A stretch of DNA of 64,000 nucleotides from Candidatus Sulfomarinibacteraceae bacterium (GCA_963796455.1 CAWCLO010000004.1:1056001-1120000), one strand, 5' to 3'; positions 40,086-50,927 are shown, counted from the first letter of the stretch. Made by a program: numbers and translations. The notes: a model not told the origin generated them from the sequence alone.

Positions 40086-40218
40086 CAGAAGGTTGCGGTT
40101 ACTTGAACCCACCGATTTTCAGAGAAACCGCGCCCCCGTTTGAGTCGTAGGAGAGAGATATGATGCTCTCCGTGTTCAACGGCAATAAAACAGACCGCCG
40201 CCACCGTTGGTTGAATCG

Positions 40219-42337
40219 ATGCCTCTGATTCTTGCCACTTGTCTCGCCCTGTTGCTCGCCCCTCCGGCGATTGTTGCGGCCGAGGTCGATCTGCCCAAGC
40301 CCGGTCAGAAGTGGATCGAGCTGAAGACGACCAATTTTCGCTTTTTTTCAAATGCCGGCCGCGGCGCGACTCAGCGAGTGGCCATTGATCTCGAAGAACT
40401 GCGCTCGGTCCTGGCCGAACTCAGCGATTTCGAGCTGCAATCACCGGTACCGACCACGATCTACGTTTTTCGAAACGACCGTTCCTTCGAGCCCTTCAAA
40501 ATCCGGCACAACGGCGAACCAGCCGAGATCACCGGCTATTTTTCTCGTCAGGAGGGCGGCAACTACATCGCCGTCAGCGCCGATTCGCCGAGTGTCTCAG
40601 GGGTTGTCTTTCACGAATACGTCCACTTCATCACCGCCAACAATTTCGGCGAACTTCCGGTGTGGCTCTCCGAAGGGCTTGCCGAGTTCTATGAGACTTT
40701 CGAGGTCATCCGAGAGACCGTATTTATCGGTTTGCCTCTCCGATCGCATCTTTTTCATCTCCGCGGCACCCTGCCGATTCCTCTGTCCGAACTCCTTCTG
40801 GTTGATCATGAGTCTCCGCTGTACAACGAAACCGAGCGTCGAGGCGATCTTTATGCGGAATCCTGGGCCCTCACCCACTATCTGTTGCTCGGCAACCACG
40901 ATCGGCGCCGCCAGCTTACGAACTACCTCCATCTGTTGAACCAGGGTGCGACCTATTACGATGCATTTACCACGTCCTTCGGAGCCGACCTCGAAAAGCT
41001 GCAAGGCGAATTGCACGCCTACATCCGGAACCCCCGCATCCCCCACATCGAAACCCGGGCCGAGGTCGATCTCGAAGACAATATCGATGTCCGCCCATTG
41101 TCCTACTCAGAGGTGCTTTACCGGCTTGGTGATCTGCTGGCCAATCTGGCCGATGAACGCCCCGATCGGGTCGCCTTCTTCGAAGCCTCTGTCGCTGCCG
41201 ATCCCCGGAACGGATTGGCGCTGTCCGCTCTTGCTCTGGAGGCCGAGTATCGTGCCGATTGGAAGACCGCCCGGGACCTGCACCTGGACGCACTGAATGC
41301 AAATCCTGACGATCCCCTGATCCTCCATCGGTGGGGTGAGTACCTCACTGCGAGGGGCTCCGACTACCAGGCCGCATTGGTCGCGCTCAAGCGGAGTACG
41401 GAGATCGATCCGTCCTATGGGCCTTCATGGGTCGCGTTGGCCGACGCCCTGGCCGAAGCCGGCGTGACCGACGCCAAAGGGCTCGAGGCGGCCGAGACCG
41501 CCCACCGCCTGCTGCCGACCGATACCCGGGTGTCCAAGGACCTGGCACGGATCTATCTCCGGTTGGACCGCCGAGAGGATGCGGTTCAGCTGGTCGAGAC
41601 TTCTTTTCGTTCCCGCCCCGATCTCTATGCCCAGGCATGGGGAATGATTCTGCAGCGGGACATTCTCAGTAGCCGGGAGCTCCTGAGCGAAGGTCGCATC
41701 GACGAGGCGTCCCGGAGGTTGGCGCTGGCGAATGAGGCGGTCCAGAAAACGGGCAACCCCGGGCTTCATGAGCGAAGCATCCAGGCTGCAAACAACTCGA
41801 TCAATGACCATTTGATGGCAAAACAATGCGAAGAGGCCGAGATCCTGTACGCTTCCGGCGATGTCGAGGCCGCCAAGACAATCCTGCACAACGCGACCAC
41901 GATGAAGGACGAGGGACCGGTTGCGGCGGCTTGCCGCCGGCTCTCGAACACGATCCAGGGAGTCGATGATCCGCAGATTCAGACCGATCAACCGGGTGCA
42001 CGGGCGATTACGCCGCGATGAGGTCGAAAGGCTCAATCAGCTCCTCGCCAATCGTGATCTCGAAGGTTCTCGTGCCTATCTCGAGGAGCTTCGCGGCGGA
42101 CTTGCCGGTGAGCCCTTGTTCTGGGTTGACGAAAAGATTCGTGAGATCGAAGGAACGATACGATACAACCGCTATATCGATGACTATAACCGCGCGGTGG
42201 ATCTCTACAACGATGAGGACTATGGGGCGGCGATAACGATACTTGAACGGATCATTTCGACCCTGCCGCCGGGGCAACAGGCGCAATTCGCCAAGGCCCT
42301 CCTCAACGACGCCAGAAAGGCGGCCGATGCGGAGTGA
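40219..42337 (+). CDS. Secreted DUF1570/zincin-like and TPR protein with an apparent frameshift near 41975-42018
   Basis: Signal peptide; HEYVH...PVWLSEGLAEFY; YAESWAL; TPR-like helices continue in ORF 41921-42337. Confidence 0.78.
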
Positions 42338-42379
42338 ATTGTCTGTTATGCCTCGGCGCGTTGTCGTTCCGTGCGTGCC

Positions 42380-42676
42380 ATAGATCCTTCGACTTCGCGC
42401 CGGGGGCGCTTCGCTCAGGATGACATATTGAGAAGACCCACCGCACCTTTATGCAGGATGACAGATTGAAACGCCGCACCGTGCCCAAATCCAGCCTGGC
42501 CTATCGAAATGACCCTCGCGCGCAGTTTAGGTTGGTGGTCCCAATCGTCCTCAGAGGCCGAACCGACTGGCGACGCCCTCTCCCTATGTCATCCTGAGCG
42601 GAGGCGCCATCCGATGGCGCCGCAGTCGAAGGATCTATGGAATGACCGGAATTCCAAATTCCAAATTCCCGATCCC
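42380..42676. repeat. REP-like pair (TGTCATCCTGAGCG...GAAGGATCT) plus AAATTCC units
   Basis: Copies at 42380-42426 and 42587-42639; heptamers 42650-42669. Confidence 0.88.
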
Positions 42677-43363
42677 TTAGTCCCCCTCCAACTCACACCA
42701 CTTCTCGAGCGCCTCGAGGCAGCCATCGTCGAAATCGACAAAGCGAAGGGCAAATCCGGTGACCCGCTCGCGTCGCGGTTTTGCGTGACGGACCACCTCT
42801 CCGCGGCCCGAAATGACTTCGCCGTGCGGTAGGCCGAACTCGAAGGCACAGGTGGCGCCGACCGGGAGCATCGGTACATCGGTCACCAACATGCCGGAAC
42901 TGGAAAGATCCGCGACCCAGCCCCTTTGCGCATCCTTTCCTTTGTCAACCGAGGCGCGAAGCCAGGTGCTGATCCGGGGCGCATATCGTGGTGCAACCTG
43001 GAGCAGGTGGGCAGCGCCCTGTCCCAGTGAACCGAGGGGCTCCTGTCCCGAGAAGACCAGAAACGGGCCACCGGCAGCACCGAAGCCCGCTTCGGTTGCC
43101 ATTTCGGGGATGGTGAGAAGCAGCAAGGAACTGCTCTTGCTCGCGCTTTGGTTTTCGCGCAGGGTGGCGAGGAACTCACGCAGTTTCATGTCCGGAAGGG
43201 GGTAACGGCACACGACGAGGTGCTGTCTTTCGCGACGAGCGAGAGTCAGGGCTTCCGAGGCCTGTTCAGCCTTCTGCACGCCGAGACTGCTGCGCGAGAG
43301 AATCGGCAGAATGCGTGCAAATGTCTCGTCGTCGAGCGCCACTGTTAGGATCGCCTTCTTCAC
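42677..43363 (-). CDS. Degenerate receiver-like domain plus PilZ domain
   Basis: PRYAPR and DLSSSGM PilZ motifs. Confidence 0.78.
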   Translation of the reverse strand: MKKAILTVALDDETFARILPILSRSSLGVQKAEQASEALTLARRERQHLVVCRYPLPDMKLREFLATLRENQSASKSSSLLLLTIPEMATEAGFGAAGGPFLVFSGQEPLGSLGQGAAHLLQVAPRYAPRISTWLRASVDKGKDAQRGWVADLSSSGMLVTDVPMLPVGATCAFEFGLPHGEVISGRGEVVRHAKPRRERVTGFALRFVDFDDGCLEALEKWCELEGD

Positions 43364-43546
43364 GAATACCGATCCTTGTCAGGGAGAACGAGCATCCGTA
43401 GGAAAAAGCCAAACTGAGACATACAACAAGTTTAGCTCAACAGTCCGCCTGAGTGGAACAAAGAGTCAACCTGGATAGTAGGAGCCACCAAAGGATTGCC
43501 CAAATTGAAGGTTATACTCGAGCGACTCAGCAGGGGGTGACAACAG

Positions 43547-44476
43547 ATGATCACGGTGGAGAGGCTGCGCAAAAGCTTTGGTTCATTGGTGGCGGTAGAC
43601 GACGTTTCTTTCTCGGTCGACAAGGGCGAAATCTTTGGCCTCCTGGGCCCGAATGGCGCCGGCAAAACCACCAGCATCAATATGATCTGCGGCGTTCTCA
43701 AGCCCGACAGCGGGAGGGTTCTGATCGGCGGCAAGGATATCTGGCTGGAGCCCAAGACCGTGAAACGAGGTCTCGGTGTGGTGCCCCAGGAGATCGCCGT
43801 TTACGAGGATCTCTCGGCCCGCGACAATCTGAATTTCTGGGCTTCACTCTATGGGTTGTCCGGCAGCGATCTACGATCACGGGTCGACGAATCCCTGACG
43901 AGGGTCGGTCTTTCCGACCGCGCCGGCGACAAGGTCAAAACCTTTTCCGGCGGTATGAAACGGCGCCTCAACCTCTGCATGGGGCTGCTCCACCGCCCCG
44001 CCCTGCTGCTGCTCGACGAACCGACGGTCGGGATCGACCCGCAGGCGAGGCTCAATATTCTCGAGGTGGTTCGCGAGGTGGCTGAGGCGGGAACCACGGT
44101 GTTGTACACAACCCATTACATGGAGGAAGCGCAGGAGCTCTGCGATCGAATCGCGATCGTCGATCACGGCAAGATTCTCACCGTAGGCACCCTGGACGAA
44201 CTCACGCGGCTCGCCGGCGAGGCGGAGGTTCTCAGGCTTACCGGCGATTTCCAGGATCCATCGGTACGTGAACGCCTGGCCGCTTTGGACGGAGTGCGCA
44301 TCTTGAAGACAGACGACCGGCTCGTAGTGCTTTCGGTCGAGGCCGATGGTCCCGGTCTCCTGGCCATTCTCCCTCAGGTTCTGGGGGCTGAATTCGAGGT
44401 TGAAGATGTCTCGATCCAGCAGCCGAATCTCCAGAGTGTTTTCATCAGCCTGACCGGCGAAGAGTTGCGCGACTGA
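43547..44476 (+). CDS. ABC transporter ATP-binding protein (DrrA-like exporter)
   Basis: [25 protein letters not shown]. Confidence 0.95.
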   Translation: MITVERLRKSFGSLVAVDDVSFSVDKGEIFGLLGPNGAGKTTSINMICGVLKPDSGRVLIGGKDIWLEPKTVKRGLGVVPQEIAVYEDLSARDNLNFWASLYGLSGSDLRSRVDESLTRVGLSDRAGDKVKTFSGGMKRRLNLCMGLLHRPALLLLDEPTVGIDPQARLNILEVVREVAEAGTTVLYTTHYMEEAQELCDRIAIVDHGKILTVGTLDELTRLAGEAEVLRLTGDFQDPSVRERLAALDGVRILKTDDRLVVLSVEADGPGLLAILPQVLGAEFEVEDVSIQQPNLQSVFISLTGEELRD

Positions 44477-45723
44477 TGGGCCCCACAACCATCCTCCGTC
44501 GCGACCTCGTTCGCTATTGGCGCAACCCGCTCCGAACCGCACTGCTCTTTGCGCTGCCCCTGGTCATGGCGGCGATCTTTGCTCTTGTTTTTGGCGGCGG
44601 CGGCACGGATCAGATAACAATCAAGGTCCTGCTTTTCAATGAAGACGACGGTCTGCTGTCGACCGCCCTTGAAAATGCAGGCGGGTCGTCTGAAATGGAC
44701 CAGAATCTGGAGATCGTTCCGGTCGGCGAAGAGGGCTACGAGATGATGGAGCGCGGCGAGGCTTCGGCTTTGATCCACCTGCCACCGAAAATGACTGCCG
44801 ACTATCTCGCCGGAAACCCGACTCTCATCGAGGTCGTCAAAAACCCCTCTGAACGTTTTCTCCCGATGATTGTGGAAGAGGGCATTCGGATCGGGGTCGT
44901 CGGTCTGTCGGAGGCATCGCGGGTCTTTCGTTCCGAACTCGAACAGATCGGAACCTTCACCGCCCAGAATGGATTTCCAAGCAATCTTGCAGTCGCCACC
45001 CTCTCCTCCGATTTCAATCAAAAACTGGGCGGCGCCCAGGCGGTGCTTTTTCCACCGGTAATCACACTCGAAGCGGTGACGCTCGAACCCGAGAAACCGG
45101 AAGAAGAGGCATCGAATCTGAATATCCTCGCCTACTTTCTTCCCGGATTATCGATCATGGGAATCCTCTTCCTCGCACAATCGGCGACCCGCGACATCCT
45201 GCACGACCGTGAATCAGGTCTGCTGCGCCACCTCCTCACCGCACCGGTTTCAGTCGGTGACTATCTGTTTGGAAAGTGCCTTTCGGTCTTTGTGGTGACC
45301 GCGTTCGGCTTCAGCCTGTTGGTGGCGATCGGTGTGGCAGCGGGTATCAACTGGGGCCCGCCTGTCGCCGTGGCAGCGCTGGTCCTGGCCTCGGCCCTGG
45401 CGGTTGGAGGACTGCTCCTCTTGATCATGAGCCTGGTCAACAGCGAGCGCCAGGGAGACTCCCTGACAACCATCGTGATCATCGTGTCGTCGATGCTCGG
45501 AGGCGCCTTTATTCCGGTCTCCCAGATGCCGTCATTTCTTCGCCCGGTCTCTGCCATGACCATCGTTTTCTGGGCAACCGATGGCTTTTCCAAAATGATC
45601 GTCAAGGGTCTCGGTGTCGCCGCTGTCCTTCCGAACGTTGCGATTCTGACGCTCGCCGGCACCATCTTCATGGGCCTCGGCGCCTTCATCCTGCGGCGCA
45701 AGATCATCGGCGGAGGTGCGTGA
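44476..45723 (+). CDS. ABC-2 permease
   Basis: TM, periplasmic loop, then 5 TMs; DRESGLLRHLLTAP. Confidence 0.9.
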   Translation: MGPTTILRRDLVRYWRNPLRTALLFALPLVMAAIFALVFGGGGTDQITIKVLLFNEDDGLLSTALENAGGSSEMDQNLEIVPVGEEGYEMMERGEASALIHLPPKMTADYLAGNPTLIEVVKNPSERFLPMIVEEGIRIGVVGLSEASRVFRSELEQIGTFTAQNGFPSNLAVATLSSDFNQKLGGAQAVLFPPVITLEAVTLEPEKPEEEASNLNILAYFLPGLSIMGILFLAQSATRDILHDRESGLLRHLLTAPVSVGDYLFGKCLSVFVVTAFGFSLLVAIGVAAGINWGPPVAVAALVLASALAVGGLLLLIMSLVNSERQGDSLTTIVIIVSSMLGGAFIPVSQMPSFLRPVSAMTIVFWATDGFSKMIVKGLGVAAVLPNVAILTLAGTIFMGLGAFILRRKIIGGGA

Positions 45724-46886
45724 TGCGAAACATCTTCGTCATCGCCATCCACGACCTCCGTCTCACCCTTACCGACCGGGGTGCGCTGGCATGGCTCTTT
45801 TTGCTGCCGATTGTTTTTGCGACCTTTTTCGGCCTCGTCATGGGTGGCGGTTCTTCGCCGGTTGACATCGCCGCCGAATTGGCGGTCGTCGATCTCGATC
45901 AGACCCCGATCTCGCAAGGCCTGATCGACGAGATCGAGGGCGAAGGCGTCAACATCACCGAACTGACCGAAGAAGAACGCCGAATCGATCGCGAGCTCGT
46001 CCGCGTGCTGGTCATTCCGGAGGGTTTTGCATCCGGGGTGCTGACCGGCGAACAACAGGTTCTCCGCTTGGAAAAAGAGCCCGACACCTCGCAGGAGGCG
46101 GCGCTGGTCGTCCAGGCGAGGATTGTCGCCGCCATCGCCCGACTGCTCGGCCGATTGGTGGAAGCCGGCCAGGGCGTCGACCAGAGCGAGGCCATCTCCA
46201 CCGAGGCGTTTCTCGCTGTCGAAGTCCCTGCTGACCTTGTAACCATGGAGGTGAAGGTGGCCGGCGGCGCCTCGGTTATCCCGGATGGCTTCGCCCTGTC
46301 GATCCCAGGGAACGCGGTGATGTTCGTTTTGCTGGTCGCCCTCACCTACGGCGCGGCATCGATTTCGGGCGAACGCCGTTCGGGCAACCTCCGGAGGCTG
46401 GTCACCGCACCCGTCCGGCGAGGAGAAATCATCACCGGAAAGATCGTCGGCCGCTTCACGATCTCGGCCCTCCAGATCACGGTCATGGTCCTGATTGCGG
46501 TCATCGCAAATCGCACTCTTGGTGTCTACATCGGCGATCACCCGACTCAGACATGGATGGTTCTCCTGCTTTTCGGGGCGGTTGTCGCGCCGCTCGGGGT
46601 TCTGGTGGGCGGCATGATCGCGGACCCCGATCGCGCCGCGTCGGTGGGGGTCATCCTGACCATGGTGATGGCGGCCTTCGGTGGCTGTTGGTGGCCGCTC
46701 GAAGTCGTGTCAAAACCTCTCAAGACAGTGGCCTTGCTCTTTCCCACCGGCTGGGCCATGCGCACCCTGCACGGACTGATCTCATTTGGTCAGACACTCG
46801 GTGACCTGAAGATCAACCTGTTGGTCCTGGCGGGGTTCGGCCTCGTCTTTTTTGCAATCGCCTGGCGATCGCTTCGAGTGGATTGA
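45723..46886 (+). CDS. ABC-2 permease
   Basis: ERRSGNLRRLVTAP, GGCWWP. Confidence 0.9.
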   Translation: MRNIFVIAIHDLRLTLTDRGALAWLFLLPIVFATFFGLVMGGGSSPVDIAAELAVVDLDQTPISQGLIDEIEGEGVNITELTEEERRIDRELVRVLVIPEGFASGVLTGEQQVLRLEKEPDTSQEAALVVQARIVAAIARLLGRLVEAGQGVDQSEAISTEAFLAVEVPADLVTMEVKVAGGASVIPDGFALSIPGNAVMFVLLVALTYGAASISGERRSGNLRRLVTAPVRRGEIITGKIVGRFTISALQITVMVLIAVIANRTLGVYIGDHPTQTWMVLLLFGAVVAPLGVLVGGMIADPDRAASVGVILTMVMAAFGGCWWPLEVVSKPLKTVALLFPTGWAMRTLHGLISFGQTLGDLKINLLVLAGFGLVFFAIAWRSLRVD

Positions 46887-46927
46887 GGCCGTTGAAATGC
46901 CGGCCGGCTCCCCTCAGTCCATTTTCT

Positions 46928-47031
46928 TGAACCGCAAAGATCGCGAAGAGCGCGAAGAAGATTCCATTGTTCGCGGAACGCAAATGATCCATTGCGATGT
47001 CTTTGCGTTCTTGGCGTTCTTGGCGGTTTCA
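46928..47031. repeat. Inverted 9-mer arrays (AACCGCAAAG... / ...CTTGGCGGTT)
   Basis: Same family as 689-722 and 1085-1122. Confidence 0.8.
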
Positions 47032-47063
47032 TCTGGCATTCGATTCTACGAGCAGCATTCACT

Positions 47064-47442
47064 GAGATCCTTCGACTTCGCGCCCGGGGCGCTTCGCTCA
47101 GGATGACATCCGGAAAGCCTACAAAAACTACCGCCTCGTAACGACTTCGTGATGGTCGGTGCCTGCAACGCCATCGACACCGTGCCGGCTCGTCCAACCA
47201 AGGCTTCCCAATGTCATCCCGGGTGGAGCACACGGTTCGGATGCACTCTGAGCACACGAGTCGCCTCCCGATGCCGTCCTGGTGGAGAACGCGGTTCGGA
47301 TGCTCTCTGAGCACACGGGTCGCCTCCCGATGCCGTCCTGGTGGAGAACGCGGTTCGGATGCACTCTGAGCACACGGGTCGCCTCCCGATGTCATCCTGA
47401 GCGGAGGCGCCATCCGATGGCGCCGCAGTCGAAGGATCTATG
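47064..47442. repeat. REP-like pair enclosing a 59-bp tandem repeat (about 3 copies)
   Basis: REP copies 47064-47109 and 47389-47442; 59-bp period visible over about 47203-47399. Confidence 0.88.
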
Positions 47443-47483
47443 CTGCGCTCAAGACGGAAAAGTTGGTCGTGGTACAAAGAGCC

Positions 47484-48248
47484 ATGATCGATCTCCCGGC
47501 CACGCTCCAGACCACCGGCTACGATCGCCAAGAGGCTGAAAAGCTCAGCCGGCTGATCGATCTTTTCCTCGCCCTCCCAGACCCGCCGGATCCGCACGAT
47601 GTTTTTTCCGATTGGCCGCGACTGCGGGACCGCCTGGCCATGGCGATCGAAGATGAAGATGCCGACTCCATCGAAGAGCGCTTTCTCGAACTCTATGCCC
47701 ACCTTCACATGAATGAGGGGCACTACTCCGCCGCCGAACGCGACCGGATGGATGCAGCCGGTGGGTATTGGAATCACGCCGGTGGTATCAGCCCCGTCTT
47801 CAAGGCCGAACCGTGGATCGGCAAAGAAACCATCAGCGCCGATTTTGGCGCCGGCAACGGTCTCCAGGGTCTCCTGCTCCAGACCCTGTACCCTCACGAA
47901 GAAACGGTGCAGATCGAAATCTCCCATCGGATGGCTGAGATCGGCGATGGCCTCCGGTCCTGGTTGGGCATACCCTCCGACCGTGTTCGGTGGGTGGTCG
48001 ACGACGTCATGAACGTTTCGGCCGCGGGCTACGGCTTCATCTATCTCTATCGCCCGGTCCGTCCAGAGGGCCCCGGTAAGAGTTTCTACACCCGTTTTGC
48101 GGAAGAAGTGGAGTCCGAAACCGAAGCGCCGGTGATCTTTTCCATCGCCGATTGTCTTCGGAAATTCCTTTCTGATCGATTCGAGATCTTCTATCGCGAC
48201 GGGCATTTGACCTGCTTTCGCGCCGCCGCACGAATTGACCAGAGGTGA
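47484..48248 (+). CDS. SAM-dependent methyltransferase-like protein
   Basis: ADFGAGNG motif I, IEIS, IYLYRP. Confidence 0.65.
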   Translation: MIDLPATLQTTGYDRQEAEKLSRLIDLFLALPDPPDPHDVFSDWPRLRDRLAMAIEDEDADSIEERFLELYAHLHMNEGHYSAAERDRMDAAGGYWNHAGGISPVFKAEPWIGKETISADFGAGNGLQGLLLQTLYPHEETVQIEISHRMAEIGDGLRSWLGIPSDRVRWVVDDVMNVSAAGYGFIYLYRPVRPEGPGKSFYTRFAEEVESETEAPVIFSIADCLRKFLSDRFEIFYRDGHLTCFRAAARIDQR

Positions 48249-48304
48249 TCCCGGTCACCACCACTGGCTTCACGAACTGATAAATATCAAGGTGGAGGGT
48301 GCCC

Positions 48305-48520
48305 ATGATTCTGATCAACACACCGCTGCCTATCGAGTTGGTGAAGGGCCTCGACCGCGCCGCCCAGACCACCAATTGCGACCGCACGGAGATCATCCAG
48401 AAGGCGGTCGAGTCCTATCTCCGCGACTTCGACGACCAGAAGTCGACGCTCGACCAGCTCAATTTCTCCCGCGAACTCGAAATCGATTGGCACGAGATCG
48501 AGCACTACTTCGGTACCTGA
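48305..48520 (+). CDS. Ribbon-helix-helix (CopG-like) protein, antitoxin-like
   Basis: Beta strand then LDRAA...RTEIIQKAVESYL; acidic tail; GGAGG RBS. Confidence 0.7.
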   Translation: MILINTPLPIELVKGLDRAAQTTNCDRTEIIQKAVESYLRDFDDQKSTLDQLNFSRELEIDWHEIEHYFGT

Positions 48521-48541
48521 TACAGGAGGATCTGCGCTACT

Positions 48542-49162
48542 TCAGGTTCCGTACAATCGATCCCCAAAGTCCCCGAGGCCGGGAAGAATATATTTTCGGT
48601 CGTTGAGTTCTCGATCGAGGGCCGCCGAGTAAATCCTCGTGCCCGGTATCCGCCTCGAGATCAGATCGACCCCTTCCGGTGCCGCCACAATCACGACCAG
48701 ACGCACATCCTTCGCGCCGCGTGCCACGAGTCCCTCGATCGCCATGGCAGCCGATCCCCCTGTAGCCAACATGGGATCGAGCAGATAAACCACAGCGGCG
48801 CCGAGATCCTGCGGCACCTTTTCGTAATAACAGCGAGCCTGGGCGGTCTCCTCGTCCCGTTCGAGACCGAAGTAGCCGACTTCGGTCCCGGGCACCAGAT
48901 CGACGAAGGCCTGCAGCATTCCGATTCCGGCCCGCAATACCGGAACCGCCACCACCCGCGAGGCGATCCGTTTCGCGGTCGTGGTCTCGAGTGGAGTCTC
49001 CACCTCCTCATCCCGCATCGGCAGGTCTCGGGTAGCTTCCGCGACGAGGAAGGTCGACAGTCGGTAGGTCAGCGCTCGGTAGTCTTCAGATGAGGTGCGC
49101 CGGTCGCGCAATCGAGCCATGATGTCGTGCAGCAATGGATGGTCAACGATGTGCAGTGTCAT
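48542..49162 (-). CDS. upp: Uracil phosphoribosyltransferase
   Basis: VPVLRAG, LDPMLATGGS, YILPGLGDFGDRLYGT. Confidence 0.97.
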   Translation of the reverse strand: MTLHIVDHPLLHDIMARLRDRRTSSEDYRALTYRLSTFLVAEATRDLPMRDEEVETPLETTTAKRIASRVVAVPVLRAGIGMLQAFVDLVPGTEVGYFGLERDEETAQARCYYEKVPQDLGAAVVYLLDPMLATGGSAAMAIEGLVARGAKDVRLVVIVAAPEGVDLISRRIPGTRIYSAALDRELNDRKYILPGLGDFGDRLYGT

Positions 49163-49287
49163 GTCTATGGAAGTTAACACGGTCTCCGCATCGATATGCG
49201 GTGTCGCTCGAAACCGCCACTTCGCCGGCAACCCGTGTTAGCATCACCTCCAAGAAGAGACAGATTCTCGAAATGAAAGGTCAATAT

Positions 49288-50292
49288 ATGAAAACTCACA
49301 GGGGAGCGTTGTTGTTCTTGATCGCGATCGTCATGTTGACCGGTGGACTGGGTTCGGAGACCGGATTCGCCTCTGAAGGCGAAGAAACAGCCGCGGCAAA
49401 AACCCAGAAAGCGGTTCTCGTCACGGGTGCGAGCACCGGAATCGGGAGAAGCATCACGGAGGTCCTGGCCGCCAAGGGAGTTTTTGTCTACGCCGGTGCG
49501 CGCAAGGCCGAGGATCTGAAGGAGCTCGATGCAATCGAGAACGTCAAGTCGATCCGCCTCGACGTCACCATCCAGGAAGAAATTGACGCGGCGGTGGCAA
49601 CCATCAAAAACGAGGGCCGGGGGCTCTATGGCCTCGTCAACAACGCCGGCGTGGCCATCGTCGCTCCCCTCATCGAGGTTGAAGAATCGGAGCTCGACTT
49701 CCTCTTTGACGTCAATGTCTACGGCCCCTACCGCATCACCAAAGCTTTCGCTCCTTTGCTGATCGAATCAAAGGGCAGGATCACCACCATCTCCTCGATT
49801 TCCGGCATCCTCTCCGGCACCCTGTTCGGCCCGTACAGCATGAGCAAACATGCCATGGAGGCATACTCCGACTCGCTTGCGCGGGAAATGCAGCGCTTCG
49901 ACGTCAAGGTCAGCGTGGTGGAGCCTGGAAACTACAGCTCGGCGATCGGGGCGACTCTGAAAAAACGTATGGAAAAGAAGGGTATCGACCTCGAGGGCTC
50001 GCCTTATGAAAAGGAGATGACCGGAATGCTCGAGCGGGTCGGGGACCGGTCGGAACTCAAGGATCCCGTGGATGTTGCCAATGCGGTATACCACGCGCTC
50101 TTCGATCAAGCACCAAAGATGCGCTATCTGGTCGTTCCCAATCAGCAGGAAGCCATGTGGACGATCAGGAAGGCGATCCAGGAGCTCGTCGAGCTCAATG
50201 AAGACCAGGAGTTCAGTTATGACCGTGACCAGTTGATCGAGATGCTGGACACGGCTCTGGGGGCCAAGGCAAATAACGGCGGCGCCAACTGA
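49288..50292 (+). CDS. SDR oxidoreductase with N-terminal signal peptide
   Basis: TGASTGIG, NNAG, YSMSK. Confidence 0.92.
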   Translation: MKTHRGALLFLIAIVMLTGGLGSETGFASEGEETAAAKTQKAVLVTGASTGIGRSITEVLAAKGVFVYAGARKAEDLKELDAIENVKSIRLDVTIQEEIDAAVATIKNEGRGLYGLVNNAGVAIVAPLIEVEESELDFLFDVNVYGPYRITKAFAPLLIESKGRITTISSISGILSGTLFGPYSMSKHAMEAYSDSLAREMQRFDVKVSVVEPGNYSSAIGATLKKRMEKKGIDLEGSPYEKEMTGMLERVGDRSELKDPVDVANAVYHALFDQAPKMRYLVVPNQQEAMWTIRKAIQELVELNEDQEFSYDRDQLIEMLDTALGAKANNGGAN

Positions 50293-50423
50293 CGCCATGT
50301 GCTGAGATCTGGGTTTGATTTTCGGTTATCCGAAGTTTTGCAAAGACTTGCATAGTTGCTTCGCAGAGCTGATAATCTAATGAACAGACATGGAGACAGA
50401 GACGCAACGCCAAAGGAGCTCCC

Positions 50424-50870
50424 ATGCCCGATATCGCAACTGTCCTTCGTGAAGAGATCGCCCGGTTGGCCCGCAAGGAGGTCAAAAAACAGGTCGGTCC
50501 GCTCAAAAAGTCCAACACAGAGCTTCGCCGCACGGTGTCAACCCTCAAGACCGAGGTCGCCGAGTTGAAGCGAGCGATGCGGTTTCTTCAAAAACAGGAG
50601 AAACGCCGTCTCGAAAAACCGGTGGAAGCCAGCCCCGAGAAAACCGTCCGGTTTTCGCCTCGATGGGTCAAAGCGGACCGTCAACGTCTGGGTTTGGCCG
50701 CAAAAGACTATGCCCGCCTGATCGGCGTTTCCAGCCTGACCATTTACAACTGGGAGCATGGGAAATCGAAGCCCAACGCCGATCGGCTGGCCGCGTGGGC
50801 GGAGGTGCGGGGCATCGGCAAACGGGAGGCTCTTCGCCGCCTGGAATTACTGACCGGCCGCGAAACCTAG
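50424..50870 (+). CDS. Coiled-coil plus XRE helix-turn-helix DNA-binding protein
   Basis: EEIARLARKE; RLIGVSSLTIYNWEHGKSKP. Confidence 0.85.
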   Translation: MPDIATVLREEIARLARKEVKKQVGPLKKSNTELRRTVSTLKTEVAELKRAMRFLQKQEKRRLEKPVEASPEKTVRFSPRWVKADRQRLGLAAKDYARLIGVSSLTIYNWEHGKSKPNADRLAAWAEVRGIGKREALRRLELLTGRET

Positions 50871-50896
50871 AGAAAATCCACGGCAGCAATGTTCAT

Positions 50897-50927
50897 AGGG
50901 CGGGGTTGATCCCCGCCCTTTCTTTTG
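50897..50927 (+). terminator. Rho-independent terminator
   Basis: AGGGCGGGG-ttgat-CCCCGCCCT followed by TTCTTTT. Confidence 0.8.

Noticed and set aside
42019..42021. Selenocysteine readthrough of TGA
   Set aside because: The continuation is in a different frame, so this is a frameshift and not recoding.
47203..47399. CRISPR array
   Set aside because: The whole 59-bp unit repeats, there are no unique spacers, and no cas genes are present.
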